Of a DNA stretch of 64,000 nucleotides, positions 12,541 to 27,266 are shown one piece after another. Position 1 is the first letter of the stretch. Each line of letters begins with the position of its first letter. The stretch lies in contig JAQGDQ010000025.1 in NCBI GenBank assembly GCA_030141605.1, positions 726,907 through 790,906 of the forward strand. The letters run 5' to 3'. The notes under the pieces were generated by a model, which saw only the letters and a list, made by a program, of their open reading frames with translations, was not told the origin of the DNA and did not search any database. A program made the position numbers and the translations under genes. This DNA comes from Tubiluchus corallicola. Lineage: Eukaryota; Animalia; Priapulida.

Positions 12541-14526
12541 GTACGTCTGCACATTATACCAGTTCTTCAATATTTGTTAATGGGAGCATAGCAAAGGCTA
12601 TGCACAAACATTCTGTGCATAAATGAACTTAAATTGAAATTATTATCAATAGTGCACTAATATTTCACCTGGAGTTACATATACATCTTTTTTCTCATGT
12701 GTCATTTTATTGTAATTGTATCCAAAAAATTAGAAATCATTTCTCGTAATAATAATTATAATAATAATAATAATACATGATAGCTATTTGTTTCAGCCAC
12801 CTGCTGGTAGAATTGACCGTCTTAAATTTTAAAAAGTTTTTCTTTTTCTTGAATTGTTGTGCCTTTCAGCCAGACAAATCTTATAATAATCGCATTAAAA
12901 CTATAAGTTGAATACGCGATGCATTCTTTCAAATTTTGGTTTATCTCATCAAGGTTTTTGATTATCTCAGCTGTTTTAATCTCTTCAAATTCTATGCAGT
13001 CAGTGTAAAACCTACTTGCGATGTTGTATACTACCAAAATTTTGTTTAACCAATTTATAGAAATCTTGACGGGCTTGCAGAAATATGAGTTCAATCAATA
13101 AATTTTAAAGAATTCTTCCGACTTCCAAATTATCATGTGATGTATTCTAATAATTTTTCATGCGCAGCTATAAGATACTTAGACAGAGCGATTAGTATCA
13201 TTGATGCTGGAAGAGGAAGAAGGGATTTAGTTGCACGTAAAGCATTTCCGGATTTATTTCAGCCTGCTAATGTTATAGGTTTCAGAGTAATCCCAATATC
13301 ATTACTCTATGCATTGACATACTTCATCAACATGAGATATATTCCATCTTCTTCATATTGTGCTGTTATAAAAGATCGAGAAGTCTGTTACATGGATCCT
13401 GTACAGACTTTGTAATTTTGTTAACTGAACGATTTACAAATGACATAAGTGACATTTGTTCAGGGCTAGTCAGTTCTTAACAAAAATAGAATAATTTATT
13501 TGCCTTCAAGATAATCCAAAATAGTACATAACAAAGCATAGCATGGCCAAACATAGCATAATACATTCTTGCAGTGGGTGAGATTACTGTTTACCCATTA
13601 CATTAGGTACCAGTGGTGCTTCAGCACTATAGCTGCAAAATTTCATTAAAACCATGCAATCATTTGGCTGCTTATTATTATCCATCAGTAATCAGAGCCC
13701 TGCTTCCTAATTCTGGCATACAAGGAAATTACCCAATTCACAAATCATTTTAGTTAATCTATGGCTAGCAAGATTGGTTGCTGTTAATGAATTTTGATAT
13801 CATTATTGTATGGACATATTTAATCATCAGAAGTTAAATTTTTTACTGTCATTTTAATGCTTATAGAACTTCTAGTCATTAGTGACTAAGTAAGAAGTTA
13901 TTTTTTCCACTATTTTTTAACTAACAGAGCAGCTCTTAGAAGTTATTATTATTATTATTAGCAATTATTAGCAGTTAAAATAGTCCACAATTTTGATGGA
14001 AATGTCTTTTCCTCATTGCATGTTCTCTTGAGTTAACTATGCCGGCTGGCTAATATATTTTACAGTTTTTGATTGATTGTTGGATTACACGCTAGATACT
14101 TTGGCCTGTTACTGTTGCATTAGTTTCTCCATTTCTCTGTTATGTTAAATGCCTGATGCAAAAATATTTCGGCTATTGCTGTATTGCTAAATATTAATTA
14201 CTAGCAGTAGATTCGTGGGTGTACTTGTCCAAAGAACCTCACATAGACGGTGCCATTGAAAGGTAGCGCTAATCAATATCAGCTTTAGAAAAAACTGAAA
14301 ATTGTTTTTTTGAGTAGTTTTATATTTCTGAGCAACTCATGAAAGTTGCACTTAATTAAATATATTTGAGTCTTTTCAATATATCATGTTCTGCAGGAAA
14401 GGTCCACTCTTTCTGTTTAATTCTAGTGCTTCATTCACATGCTTTCTGTCACTAGATGTCAAATCAGTTACTGTCATTGTTCAGATAGTCTACAAAACGT
14501 AACTTGAAATGCATCTGTGTTTTCAG

Positions 14527-14666
14527 CACACACAACTCAGTTTACGAATCCTGGATGGTACTATTTGATGCATGGACAGGGTGTAGGTCTCCTACAGCAG
14601 GGCGGTAGCTACGTGTCCCTGATGGATCCAGAAACTAATGATCTTACCATTATTATTGAAACCATG
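14527..14666 (+). CDS. GALC: GALC exon
   Basis: tttcag|CA...ATG|gtgag; [14 protein letters not shown]...GGSYVSL...LTIIIETM. Confidence 0.95.
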
Positions 14667-17600
14667 GTGAGCAATGAGCATGATAGTTAAACGTCTTTCG
14701 TTTCATGCCGTAGCTTAGGTATGTGTAAGCAATGTTGAGTCTGTTGACAATGTTTAGCTGCACTGCTATAGGGCTGTGTTGCATGGATGCCAACACATGT
14801 TTATCAATCTGTAATGCAATGTTAGTATGTTAGTAATGTGTTTTTCTTAAAAGTTTAAGATACCAAAAGGAACATTGATTAGAATGTTCAATTGTTTTCC
14901 AGGTAGCTTATATTTATTTTTGGTTCAGGAACAGTTTGCATTTATGCATCGCCAGTCTTGGTCAGCATGTTGTGATAACTACTGGTCGTCCACTGATGGT
15001 CAGTTTTTATAGCGCTAGCTATGTCCAGTAGTTAGGTTCTAAACTTGTTGAGGGACAGAATGATATCACTCAGTTCAACGAATACAGTCAGGATCAAGTT
15101 GTACTTCTGTTGTGTTTAAAAACTAATTCTATTAACCCCATTCTTTACCCGTTCTTTAAATGTTCATCACTTTAGTGACAGAAAAATGTGAAATACGCTT
15201 TGCACATTGTCTCATCCTACACATTGGAAATTTCATTTGTAATTTTACTCAAAAAGTTAAGAAACATCACTTTCTCTATTGCTACGTGCTTTGAAAGTGA
15301 AATCAGCTTTTTAATTTGTTGTTAAAATAAACTTGTGGCATAGCTTCTGAATCTGAATAAACTAGTGTGTCAGTCTAATCTCCCAATAGAATAATGCCCT
15401 TCAAAGATGATTTAAAGGCCATTTTCATTGAAAACTTGTCATAATCTGACATTATGGTAATTAAATCTCAGATAAGTTCCTTTAACCTAAACGACATCTG
15501 CAAAATTTAGTTGCCTTAGTAACACTAACGTCTCGCATTTTTCGATACTGGAACTGCAAGGTCATGGTGTCTTTGACCTGTTGCTCGGATTTGTGTATTA
15601 ACAATGATGTTAATTACTTCTCAGTAGCGTGGCATTAGTTCATTTCTCATTATCAAAGCCAGTCAGCATGTGATTCATCCATTAGTGCTCAGTGGGAGGC
15701 GGGCGGATAGGAAATACCCTGTCTCTTTTTTCCTTCTGATGTTTGAATCTGATCGTCTTTGGTCCATTACTGTTATTGTGTGCGGCATCTCATTACATCC
15801 TGTTTTTCTTTCAATGTCCTAAGCGATCTTGTAATATGAGAGTCAAACGTCAGTTATGTCTTTTTCAGTCATTCCAGTTAAGAAGTTCTGAGACTAGAAT
15901 TACAAGTTTGTGACATTAGGTTTTGCATTAATTTATTATTATTTTAATCTCATATCAGTTTTATAGACAGATGTCAAGTTAAATTAAGAATAGTGCCAGT
16001 TATGTTTCTCTTCATTACTATTCTGTCAGGTTTAGTGCATGTATTGCTAGTCATTCTATGGATAATTTTCGTTGTTTGTTTATCAAAAAATAGAACACTT
16101 TGTGTACGTGTTTTAATTTTCTGCTGGTTTATTTTATCATGCCCTGTCCTGCTTGGCTAAGTTCTGTTCCACTCTGTCTTGTCCACGCTGTCCCGTTTTT
16201 TTCTGTTCTGTTCATCACACCCTGTCCTATCCTTTCTTGTTGTGTCTTGCCTTGCCTTGCCTTGTGTTATCGCGCATACGTTACCTTTCCTTGCTTTGCT
16301 TTAGTTCATAATATCTCACTTAGAACCTAAAAAGCTACGTTACCCCACTTTTACTCTATGCCATGTCATAGGTTTTGTTGTTAGCAAAGCTGCTCAGAAA
16401 GCAGACAGACAATTTGAGTTTCTTAAGTTCTAGTCCTAGTAGCAGTGCAAAATTCTCCAGACTCTAATTTAGTGTATTGCTTTTGTGCCTTCATAGTACT
16501 CACCCTGCCTCACAACACCTTTATTCACTTCACTCGACCTCAAGTCACACGACCTCATTTTACCTCATAGATTTTTGCTCTTTTTTATTTCTTAAGTACT
16601 TCACTTTTGGAATCGTTTGGAATAAATGAGAAGTCAGACATCCTCACTTTTTTTTATTGTAAAAAAATAATTTTCATGTGGATACAGACTTAATGTGAAC
16701 TGTGAACTGTTACTTCACTATTGGATATGTATATTTATGAACTGCAGTTTGCATTTCTAACGGAATAAAATGTAAACTGATATTTTAGGACAAGTTAAAA
16801 CTTTGATTGTCAGCAGTGTTATTGTTTTGAGGTTTTTTCTAAGTGAAATACAACTAACACTAGCAATTTTTCGTCTGTTTTGTCTAAATATCTTTATATC
16901 GTATTACTACATAGTCCATTCATAATGAATGCAAGATTTCAATGCAAGCAAGATTAACCAGATTAAATATTGAAGTTAATTAAATCTAAAAAATAAGTGC
17001 AACATATTGCTGGGGTTGCTGAGTTGCTTTGTTTCAACTTGTTAGTAATCCTTAATGTTTTCATTTTCATTTTTTAATAATAACGATTGTTGTGATTGCT
17101 GTGCATTGAAATTGTTGTAGTGCCACCTTGTGTCATTTCTGTGAATTGAGCTTCTGTTAGTCACCATCCTGCCTACATCCAACATCAGCCTGTTTACTAC
17201 TGTTTACCAAACAAGGTAGTGTAATTTACTCAGTGCTACTCTCTACCTTTATTGTTTAATTTAATGTTTAGACTTGCAGCTTCTCTCTGAGAGTAGTTGC
17301 AACGTGTGAATGTGTTGCAACATCTTTCGCAACTTTGTGCAACATGTGAACAGCTCTTTTCTCTTAGAGAGAAGTTGCGCAAAATGTTGTGAGAGAATTC
17401 GCTACGTCTGGACTCGCCATTAGTGTTTTAGTAAGTGCTGCATTTCCAGATTTTCTCTTTTTTGCTTTATCGATACAGTTTATGCGATTTCATAGCCTGA
17501 GAAAATGGTCAGTTTATTGTCTTTGTCAAGCGAAAAAATGCCTATGGAGAATTCATTATTTTTGTCCCCGAAAAGCCTGACAGAGTGAACTGCATGTTGC

Positions 17601-18459
17601 ATGATTAACGCATCTATTAAGAGAAGAGAATGCTTCCTCTAATAGCTTTAGATATATTACATTTCTTTGACGATACTTTTGTGATTAGTGTATTGTAAAG
17701 TAAAAAGAATTGGGTAAGCTCACAATGCCAAAATAGTTGGTTTTTTCTATTCTTTGTGCACTTTATATATATATTTTTGATTTTTTGATTTTTTGATTTT
17801 AATTTGTGCATCAAAATGAATCTCATTGTTGCATAAACAAAGAAAATTTATAAATTTTGCTATACAAAATTTTTCTTGGGACACTGTTTTGTTAAATTTC
17901 TGTTTAAAAATCTATATATTATCCATATTAAACATTAATACTTTTTTAAGAGTGTCAGGCAATTTGGAAAAAGGCGATTTTTATTAGTAAAAAATATGTT
18001 TTGTTTTAGTGCAGACTTGTGTTATTTTCAAAGATAACATGCTGGCTGTAAAAGCAGTACTTGATCGGCAATTGCAAATCACTTGTTGTTGCCCAATATT
18101 TATTGGTTTAAATCTAGACTACAAAGGGCTGTTCTCCATTGAATTTAGCCCATTCCTTTACTTACCTCTGAATGCACTGCCACCGACAGTGGTTAGCTTG
18201 GAGGCTAACTTTAAATACTGTACAATCAACATTTTTTCAGCTCTCTGCCATATTGTTACTACAGATTAGTTCTTATTACAAAAAGATAATAGTTTCCTTT
18301 AGTCTTTATTTTGTATAACTTCAACTTTAACTGGGCTTTTTATGCTTTGCACGATACGTCGTGCCATGTTTACAGCATCACCCGTTAAAACTGTTATTGA
18401 GGTTAATATTTCTATGACTTCTTGATAGTTAAGTGAGTGTGAATAAACATTTTTTACAG

Positions 18460-18549
18460 ACTCACAATCATTCTGAATGCATCAGGCCAGCATTGCCGCC
18501 ATACAACGTGTCAAAGCAGAATGCTACATTTATTCTCAAAGGCTCTTTT
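18460..18549 (+). CDS. GALC: GALC exon (beta-sandwich loop with substrate-binding Arg, CIRP)
   Basis: ttacag|ACT...TTT|gtaag; [30 protein letters not shown]. Confidence 0.94.
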
Positions 18550-19475
18550 GTAAGTAGCCGCTCAACGTTTTCTTTGTGGATTATTTTGTTGTGCTGTTGA
18601 CTTAGGCAGATTATATTCTTTCCTATATTCTTGCACAAGTTTGCTTTATAAGATTAGTCGTGAGGCTAAAATACTGCCTGCAAAAGGAGAATTTATTTTT
18701 GGAGGATATGGAAATTGTCTATTTTTGTGTATAATGCTGATGTACATTGCGTGTTATCAGTGTTGTGGCGTGACTGAGGCATAATATTATATTTATCGAT
18801 CAACATATAAATGTAAACCTAAAAGCGTCTGGTATAAATGTTCTAAATATCAATGTTTTAATCTATAAATATCTAAATAAATGTTTTAAATGCCTTATAT
18901 GTCAACCTTAATCAACCTAGAATGTATTTTAATAAGATCTCGTGCAATTAGGCGAGATTTAAGTGAAATTCCGTTTTTTTTTGAGATCATTAGTGAAAAA
19001 TATATGACTTATCTTTTAAACAAGTATCAATCAAAGGTAGTGTTCCTGAAATATTCTGCTTCTGTGGATATGAAAAGAAACTTGGGCATTGTTTACTTAT
19101 CTATCTAGCATTACAAGTAATACAGATTAATGAAAATTTCAATCACATTTACAGATTGCTGTTACATGTTACAGTATACTATTGGCGAATGCTTTCTAGG
19201 AATATGATTTAAAATTTATAGTTTGAATGAGGTATCTGAATAAAACATTTATTTATTTTTTATTTTTTGATAGTAAAACCAAAAACGCTATTATACCTTG
19301 TGCATGAAATCGTAACTGTCCTTAGTAAAGTTCATTATTTTTCTTTAGGAAAAAAATTAAATATGATCCTTGTACAGAAAGCAAAGTAGCCAATGTTGCA
19401 GAGTGAGCTGTACTTCTTATCACATGTTTTCTAGCTTCCTTAATGTTAGTTTCTATCCATTTTATAATATTTTAG

Positions 19476-19565
19476 ACAGGTATCTCTGAACTGAAAATGT
19501 GGTTTTCAAAATTGGAATTTGGCAAAGACAAAACGACTCTCTTTAAGGAACTTGATCCAGTAAAG
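19476..19565 (+). CDS. GALC: GALC exon
   Basis: tttag|ACA...AAG|gtgag; TGISELKMWFSKLEFGKDKTTLFKELDPVK. Confidence 0.88.
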
Positions 19566-20809
19566 GTGAGGTGACTGCATTAATTTTTATCTTTTTTATA
19601 AAATGACTATGCGCCTTACCAAAGGTTTTAGCACAACTTCACTGAGTCATACAAGTGATCGTCATTGATGTTTGTCATTAAAAAATAGCTCTCTGTATTG
19701 TATAATTAGGGCATGAATGTCAGGTCTGACATTGCCATTCTGAGGGGTTAAATGTGGAGTTCGGCACACAGAGTAAATTAATTACATCAGTAAAAATTTG
19801 TGCATCAATTGACCACTTCAGATATCAACATATTAATTCTGCTAGTGTATGTGTAGACTGTGTTTCAAATGTGGAGATTTAACTATTTACTCATAGATAT
19901 GTTGTTTTGTCACCTATAACAATAATTATTTGATGAAATTAATAGGCCATCCGCATAGCAATTGGAGAGGCTGTGTTGTTTGTATCACTTCTTTTATTTT
20001 CTAATTTAGCCCTTATGGATGGAGTAGTTAAAAACTGTTTGGAAGTGAAGTGCACTATTTCTTGCAAAAATTGTAAGGCTGCGTCAGGTGCATCACAGTA
20101 GTCTGCTGCTACATTCTGTTTTTAAATCATGTTCGAGGGAGGTGCTATAAATAAGATTTAGCATTCTGAAGGTCCTTGGTATTGCACTGTTGCGCATTTC
20201 GATAAGGACACGATCAAATTTTGTAAAATTTTGCATGAATAGCCTCCAAAAAACTCTTTTGCAAAGTCTGAGAACTGAATAAGTTCGTTCCTAGAACAAT
20301 AAAGAAGGGTGCAACAATTTTATTGAAAAAGATGCCTCTAGTTTATGAAACAAAAATTGCGTAAATGAGAATGGTGTATATTCCACGGCATTGACATTTA
20401 TGTTACCAGTTTACATTTTGATTTATTTCCTCTGCTAGTGCTGTTTTTAGATTCTCAAAATAGTTTATGTTTCAAATGTGCACAGATTACTATTATCAAT
20501 TTTCTGAACTCACAATTCCAATTTAGCCTTAAAGTGCAAGTATCGAAAAGCAGGACCTCCTTAACAATGAGAGATTCCAGTGTTGCAACCATCAGCATAG
20601 TAAATAGACCTTGTCATTGAGCGTTAACATTTCTGCTTGCAGCGTAAGATGTACAAAAAAACATTATAGCATCAGTGATGAAGTTGTGTCAAACTCTTTA
20701 AAAGTGTAGTTACATTAGCTCAGCAATAACAATAAAACTACATAGGATAATTAATTTTATTTAATTATACAGTAAGCACTGTAAAAAACTATTGGATGAT
20801 TAGTGACAC

Positions 20810-20953
20810 CAGGGCCGGCCTTAGGTAATTGGAGGCCCTAGGCGAAGTGAATTTGGTGGCCCGAAGAAGAGAGAGAGAGAGAGAGAGACAGAGAGACAGA
20901 GAGACAGAGAGAGAGAGAGAGAGACAGAGACAGAGAGAGAGAGACAGAGAGAG

Positions 20954-20999
<46 letters not shown>

Positions 21000-21117
21000 G
21001 GGGAGAGAGGCAGTATGTTCGCATAAAGCAAAAAAATGTTACCTTGGCGTGAGGCCTCCCCGGGAGGGTGAGGCCCTAGGCGGTTGCCTAGTTTGCCTAT
21101 GCTTAAGGCCGGCCCTG
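20810..21117. mobile_element. hAT-like MITE carrying an internal (GA)n/(GACA) microsatellite
   Basis: TIRs CAGGGCCGGCCTTA ... TAAGGCCGGCCCTG; subterminal GAGGCCCTAGGC twice; flanks GTGACAC / GTGACAT resemble a target duplication. Confidence 0.82.
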
Positions 21118-21142
21118 GTGACATGCTCATTTATATCTATCT

Positions 21143-21232
21143 ATTGCTGTGTCAGCCACCAGGCTATACTTAATTGCTGTGTCAGCCACCAGGCTATACT
21201 TAATTGCTGTGTCAGCCGCCAGGCTATACTTA
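21143..21232. repeat. 30-bp tandem repeat, 3 copies
   Basis: ATTGCTGTGTCAGCCACCAGGCTATACTTA three times, one substitution. Confidence 0.95.
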
Positions 21233-21786
21233 GCCCATCTTTATTAATCTAAGTATAGCTTTACAGCTTTATTAGAAAAAATAGCTGTTAATTTATCTTC
21301 TTGGTCATACACTACTTCAGTGCTGAACTTTATTGCAGGTTATATGTGAGTCGGCTAAAATAGAACTCCTATTTTTATTTTTGCAACACGTATTCAATTT
21401 GACACCTAGTTTTAGCGTAAGAGGACTCTGCTAATGGACTGATGGGTAATCAACAATTACTAATAGACCTTTAAGTGAAAACTCAGAGTACTTTGTTGTC
21501 AATTTAACTGTGAATCATTAGGATGTTGTCAATAATTAACAATTACCTGTCTGCAGTGCCTTTAATTGTTCTTTGGGGTATCAGGTAAGCCATCAGCTAA
21601 TTATAGCACACAGACGTGTGTGATTACGTGTATATATGTTAGTGAGAAAATTTGCAATAATTTATCATTTTCACAGTTTATTATCTGCTGAATTAATGCA
21701 TGAGATTGCCACATGCCTGCTTCGCTTTGGTATTTTTGCTAGAACGCTGTGCTATAATTATGTTAAATTTTTGTTAACCATTAATG

Positions 21787-21824
<38 letters not shown>

Positions 21825-22922
21825 TTTGATTTAAGCTGTTTTCTTGTTTGCTTTGCTTTGAACTGATTTGTGATTTTTGTTTGCTTTGGATCGTTAGATA
21901 TAAGATATTTACGCTTTGATATTTTTTATTTGCTTTTTGATTTGCACCTATTAAGAAAAAATTCTGTTGTTAAAAAGGAGCAACTGAGTTAGTGACCAAT
22001 GGGTCTTTTGCTGCTCCTACTCAAATATTATTGAAATTTGTTACTTCTGTGTACGTATTGTAATGTGAAACGAATGTTGAGGAAATAAATCGATTGAATT
22101 GAATTTGCAGCTGTTTTGAGTAATATCTTGATTATCTTGGTACTTGCCACATCAGGGGTCTGGTTTTTACCCTTCAGAACAAAAATAGTGTATCATTGTT
22201 AACAATTTTATAATATCTGTATATTTATTTTCAATCATTCGTTAGTGAAAATATTTTTAAAATTGGACGAATGCTTTGATGAATGAGACGGCTTCATACA
22301 TCATTTGACCTGGATTAAGAGGACAGGATAAAGTCCAAACACAACTTGGTTAATTCATTCAGGCTGCACTCACTATGATTCATGAACCACTTCAGGCTAG
22401 TCTGGAATGCTGCCAGTATTCATACTTGAGTCACAACTTATCTGTTACTTGTGTCTGGCTAATGAGAAAAAGTCTTGTACTTGTGCCAGGCAATGAAACA
22501 TATAGATTTGTTTATAAAGTGAGCTTGTTTATGGCTGCTAGTGCATAGCATAGGTGACACTATTTGAACTAATAGACCTCCAGACTAAAAGATAAAATCC
22601 TAATAGTTTCTGCTAATTAAAAGAACTTTTGCGGTAGTGTCTACGTCTTTTATATATGACGGTAAGCACTTTCCTGACATCATAGTCAATAATGATAAGA
22701 AAATAAAATCAATGTACTTTTTAAGTTGCAGGGTTGAGAATGCATTTACGATAGCTCAAGATTGTACAAGGCATAGTTTTCTTTTAATATTGTACAACTA
22801 ATACAATTCATCATTTATGCATAACTGCACAAAGTTAATAATCGTTTAATTATTCCAAAGTAAAAGCCTTATCATTTATTATATGAACTATCGTGCCATA
22901 AAAACGCTTTGATTTTTCGCAG

Positions 22923-23064
22923 GTTATAAACAATACCATTACATTGTTTCTCGATGTTGACATTGTTATCACATTGACAACAGTTTCCACGGGACATCAC
23001 GGAAGCCAACCTGAACCGCCTGCCTCTGCTTCATTTCCAGTTCCGTATTCCGATGACTTTGAGT
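22923..23064 (+). CDS. GALC: GALC exon
   Basis: tcgcag|GTT...GAG T|gtaag; ...VITLTTVSTGHHGSQPEPPASASFPVPYSDDFE. Confidence 0.92.
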
Positions 23065-25906
23065 GTAAGTTAAACTGAGTTTTGATATTGTACAATCAGT
23101 GTAAAACATGCAAGCTTACATTTTTCTGTAATTTCGAATGGCTAAGTTATAATAATATATAATAATATAAGTTAAAATAATAATAGTTCGAATTGAGTAC
23201 TTTTTACATGTAATTCATTTGCGCACTTCCATACTATATCATACCATACTATGCCATACTATGTTCTGCAATCCCTTGTCATGCTATACCTTACCATAAC
23301 ATACTATCAATGTATTTTTTAGGTACCATGGTACCATTGGTACAATGTATTGTACCAATACAGTGTGCTACAAATTGGTGGTGCTGGTACAAAAGTGAAA
23401 ATAATTCAGAGAGAAGACAAAGCATCAGTGTAGTTTTTGAAGAAGCATTTTAAGTTTTAAGGTCAAATGTAATCAAATTTATAGATTTTTAATATAGCTT
23501 TCAACTATTTGAAATTTGCTCTGACAGCATGTTTTACTTAAAAATACTAATTGCAGATCCAGCTTAGCTGCATCAATGTAACATAAAGTTGGTGAGTTCT
23601 TTAGTAATATCTTTTATTCAGAAAGAAGTGGTGCCCATCAGGAAAACACAGTTATGACAAATGTTTTTATGGAAAAACTTAGTGATGTGATAAATTTCTA
23701 ATTAAACTGTACTTGAAGGAATTTTCTTATGGAATGGTTAACCTGTCATTTTGACATTTTGGCTTCTGATGAAATATTAATTATCACCTAATTTTAATAC
23801 AGGTTTAAAAAAATGCCCACAGTAGTTTCAAATGATTCTGTTTCATAGGCAAAACAAAGTGATTTGAGAAGTAATTTTAAATATTTTGATTATTCAAAAA
23901 TATTTGGAATTAATTTCAAGGTCACTAACACACCAGAGCAGAATGCACTGAATAAAAAGGTCTTGAAGGCAGGCTTTAGAACTTCTTTAATGATACAAAG
24001 ATTACAGGTACTAATCAGAACCAGCCTGTAAAAGTGTAGCTATTGCTATGTAATTGGTGTACGACATATAAAATAGCAGTGTTATTTGTAGTGGAATCGA
24101 GTAGTGGATTCCTGATATAGAAACAGGCAATGCGTTGTTAGACTGAGGCTCATGAATGTGGCTAGGCTTTTGTTCTACATGCAGTAAGATCCCGTCACTA
24201 TTAGGACTGTGGTCTAAAACAGCAGGGTGCCTTGGCCAACTGATTGCCTTTTTTCCAAGGGATAATTTTTACATCTTTCCCCTGCTATAACTGCCTGATG
24301 TTCAATCATAACAAAACGTTTGTTCTTTCAAACTTCTAGCAAACAGTTGCATAATTGTGCAATAATTATGGGGTTTCATACAACCTTGAGGTCAAGAGTT
24401 TATTCATTTCCCGTGAAAGTCCTATCCTACGTCACCTTTTGATGTTTGATTTGAAAGCTTTGTAACTTATCTCGAGAATACGTGTAAGTGGAGAAAAGAT
24501 GATGAATGCTGACGCTCAAGCTGGCACGTTTTGCCTGCGGGGATTAAATGTCATGGGAAGATAATATTTAGACTATTGTTAGAAATGATGCAGATCATTT
24601 TGCAGAAGTAACGTCCATTGTGTATGCTTGTGCTTGCGCAAAGTGTGATGAAGTCACTCATTGTAACTGAAATAAAGACTTAAACTTCAGCTCGCTTGAC
24701 CTGTGATAAGTAGATTAGTGAAGACTTACTCATACTTCATTGTAACCAGTGTTGCATACTGATAACTTATCTTTCCCAGGGTTTCTTTAATAATCATGTT
24801 ATCTTGTCACCAAAATGGTTTCCTGAGTGAATGAAAGGAATTATATTTACTAAACTGAATTTTGCCGTACTAATACACACTCTGCATTAAACTGAAAAAA
24901 TAATCTTGTTTTCATTAGAGTTATGTCATAAAGCACTTAGTCTGTATTGAATTAAATGTTGTTTTTTAAGTGCCGTTACGGCAAATTAAATTGCTAACTA
25001 AAGTGGTCTAAGGCATCTACCTATGCTATAAACTTTGGATTTGTGCCATCATTATCAACAATCTTGATATTAGGATTATAATAATTAAAGTGAACATGCT
25101 TATTACTGCTTAAGCATGACACATACATATATACACCTATCATTAGACATGAAATGAAACAAATTTTAGCAAAGATTGAAAAAATGAGTGCTGTATTTGA
25201 TTTTATACAAAATTTTGACATAGCTTGAGATTTGCAGCTTCCATATTGATATCATACTATGTTTTATAATAATCTACATCATTATCACATAACAAAGCAT
25301 GTTATAACTTACAATGGGTTTTCTCATGATGGAAGCATATATCTCAGCTATTTAAAAAATTCCTTGTAAAATATTTTTAGCAATGTAACTAGCTTTTGAG
25401 TAAGGCATTGTAATAACTGTTCAACATGACATAGCAACAGGCCATAGATAATATAATTACATTTTAATAACAATGTTAGAAAATGGAAACATGAGATAAA
25501 ATTTTAACACTTGTAAGGTCACAAGGAAATTCTGACCCTATGCTGCACATTATCTGACTATTCAAGTCAGTAGAAACTTGCTTATGTGGGCTTCACAATG
25601 TGTGTGCTAAGGGTCATAGCTGTATATAGCTCATGTTTTACGTTACTCAATTTTATTTTCAAACACTATATTCGATGTACCATATGTTAAAGATTAAAAT
25701 TTCCTGCGATAATTCTTCCCAAGTGCATTTGCTTTGAAAACACCCAGTGCTTCACAATTATAGCTGAAAAAAATAGTAATTCACACACGTGCACGCACAC
25801 GCATGCATGCACGCACACACATATGCACACACACTATACTGATATTACAGAAAAGATGTCTACAGAGTCGCCTAAAACTGTGCTGAATGTATTTCTTCAT
25901 TTTCAG

Positions 25907-26084
25907 CTTACAACATTGATGAGGAACCATATAATTTTGCTCAGCAGTCCGGTGTTTGGGAAGTACATCGATGTAAAGGTGACCGCAAAGGACATGTAAT
26001 AAGACAAGTTCTAACCACAGAACCCATACACTGGTGTGGGTCTGTTGTCAAGCCACCAATTACCATCATAGGCGATCCAAAATG
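25907..26084 (+). CDS. GALC: GALC exon (lectin domain start)
   Basis: tttcag|CT...TG|gtatg; SYNIDEEPYNFAQQSGVWE...IRQVLTTEPIHWC...ITIIGDPKW. Confidence 0.93.
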
Positions 26085-27093
26085 GTATGAATCCTACAGA
26101 TGCTGACATCATACTATAGATTTCCTTAAGTAATTTGTAAAATTCTTTGTTTCTTAAAGTCAGTTAAGAAGCGGCAAAATGCACTGTGTATTGTTTCTAT
26201 TGGCAAACATCTCATTTATCCTTGTTTTATTTTCATTAAAAAGTTTCGATACAGTTTGCCTGCATAGTGATATTCATAAGGGCTCATATTTTTTGACAAT
26301 TGATCTACAAACGTTGAGAGAAAGTTCTGTTTATACCTTAGTATTCAACAATGTATTGGGAACTGACCTAGAGTGGTGATGAATATTAGCAATCATGCTT
26401 GGTAAATGCACAATGCTGATACATACATAATAAAATTCATAATTATATTTATATTATATATAATTATACTTATATAATGCATAATTTGTGGACCAAAATA
26501 AATCTCGTTGTCTCATAAACAGAGAAAATTTATCAATTTTGCATTATAAACTGGGATTATAAAATCTGCAAGCACTTAAATTTAGAGAAACTGATTTTGA
26601 ATTTATCATTTTCCTGGTTTTTTTTAAATCAGTCAATGTCAATAATAGTTTTGTGTTCGTAGTAACTATATGCCAGTGCAGTATGCAGTCATAACTCACT
26701 TAGTAGCTTGTATTCAAGTTCAGGAATTGACTTTGAATATAAGCCAATGATTTGATTAACCAGCTACGGTAGATTTAAATGCCACACATGTGCAGAGAGA
26801 GATTGCTGTCATTGAACAGTATTTCACCTGTGTCTCTCAATGGCTATTTAGCCATACAGTTGAAGGCAGTTTTTATATTGACAACAATGGCTTGGCCCAA
26901 TGTGCTGCACTTTTTGCACGTGTCTTGCAGCCTTTAACATTTAAATCCATGCCAGCTACACATAATTAATAATCTATAAATGTAGTACTTTAATTAACAA
27001 CTAATGGAAAACTTTGTGCTGTACTGCACACTTTTGCCATCTATTGAGCGCTTTGTCAACTTGGTTGTGCAAATATTGATGTTGTGTTTTCAG

Positions 27094-27263
27094 GAGTGAC
27101 ATTTCAGCTAAGGTGGATGTTTACTTCCCAGCCACTGGTGCTAATGGTATTTTTCTGGCTTTGAGGGTTAGTGGTGAGATGGGTTGCAACACCATGAAAG
27201 CTGGTGGAGTATTTTTCTGGATATTTCCTGATCTGAAACAGTATCTTGTCACAGGAGATTTGG
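27094..27263 (+). CDS. GALC: GALC exon (lectin domain)
   Basis: tttcag|G...TTG G|gtatt; SDISAKVDVYF...GIFLALRV...GVFFWIF...YLVTGDL. Confidence 0.9.
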
Positions 27264-27266
27264 GTA

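Noticed and set aside
12822-13415. Possible LINE linker or other coding relic
   Set aside because: No diagnostic motif recognised in any frame I read.
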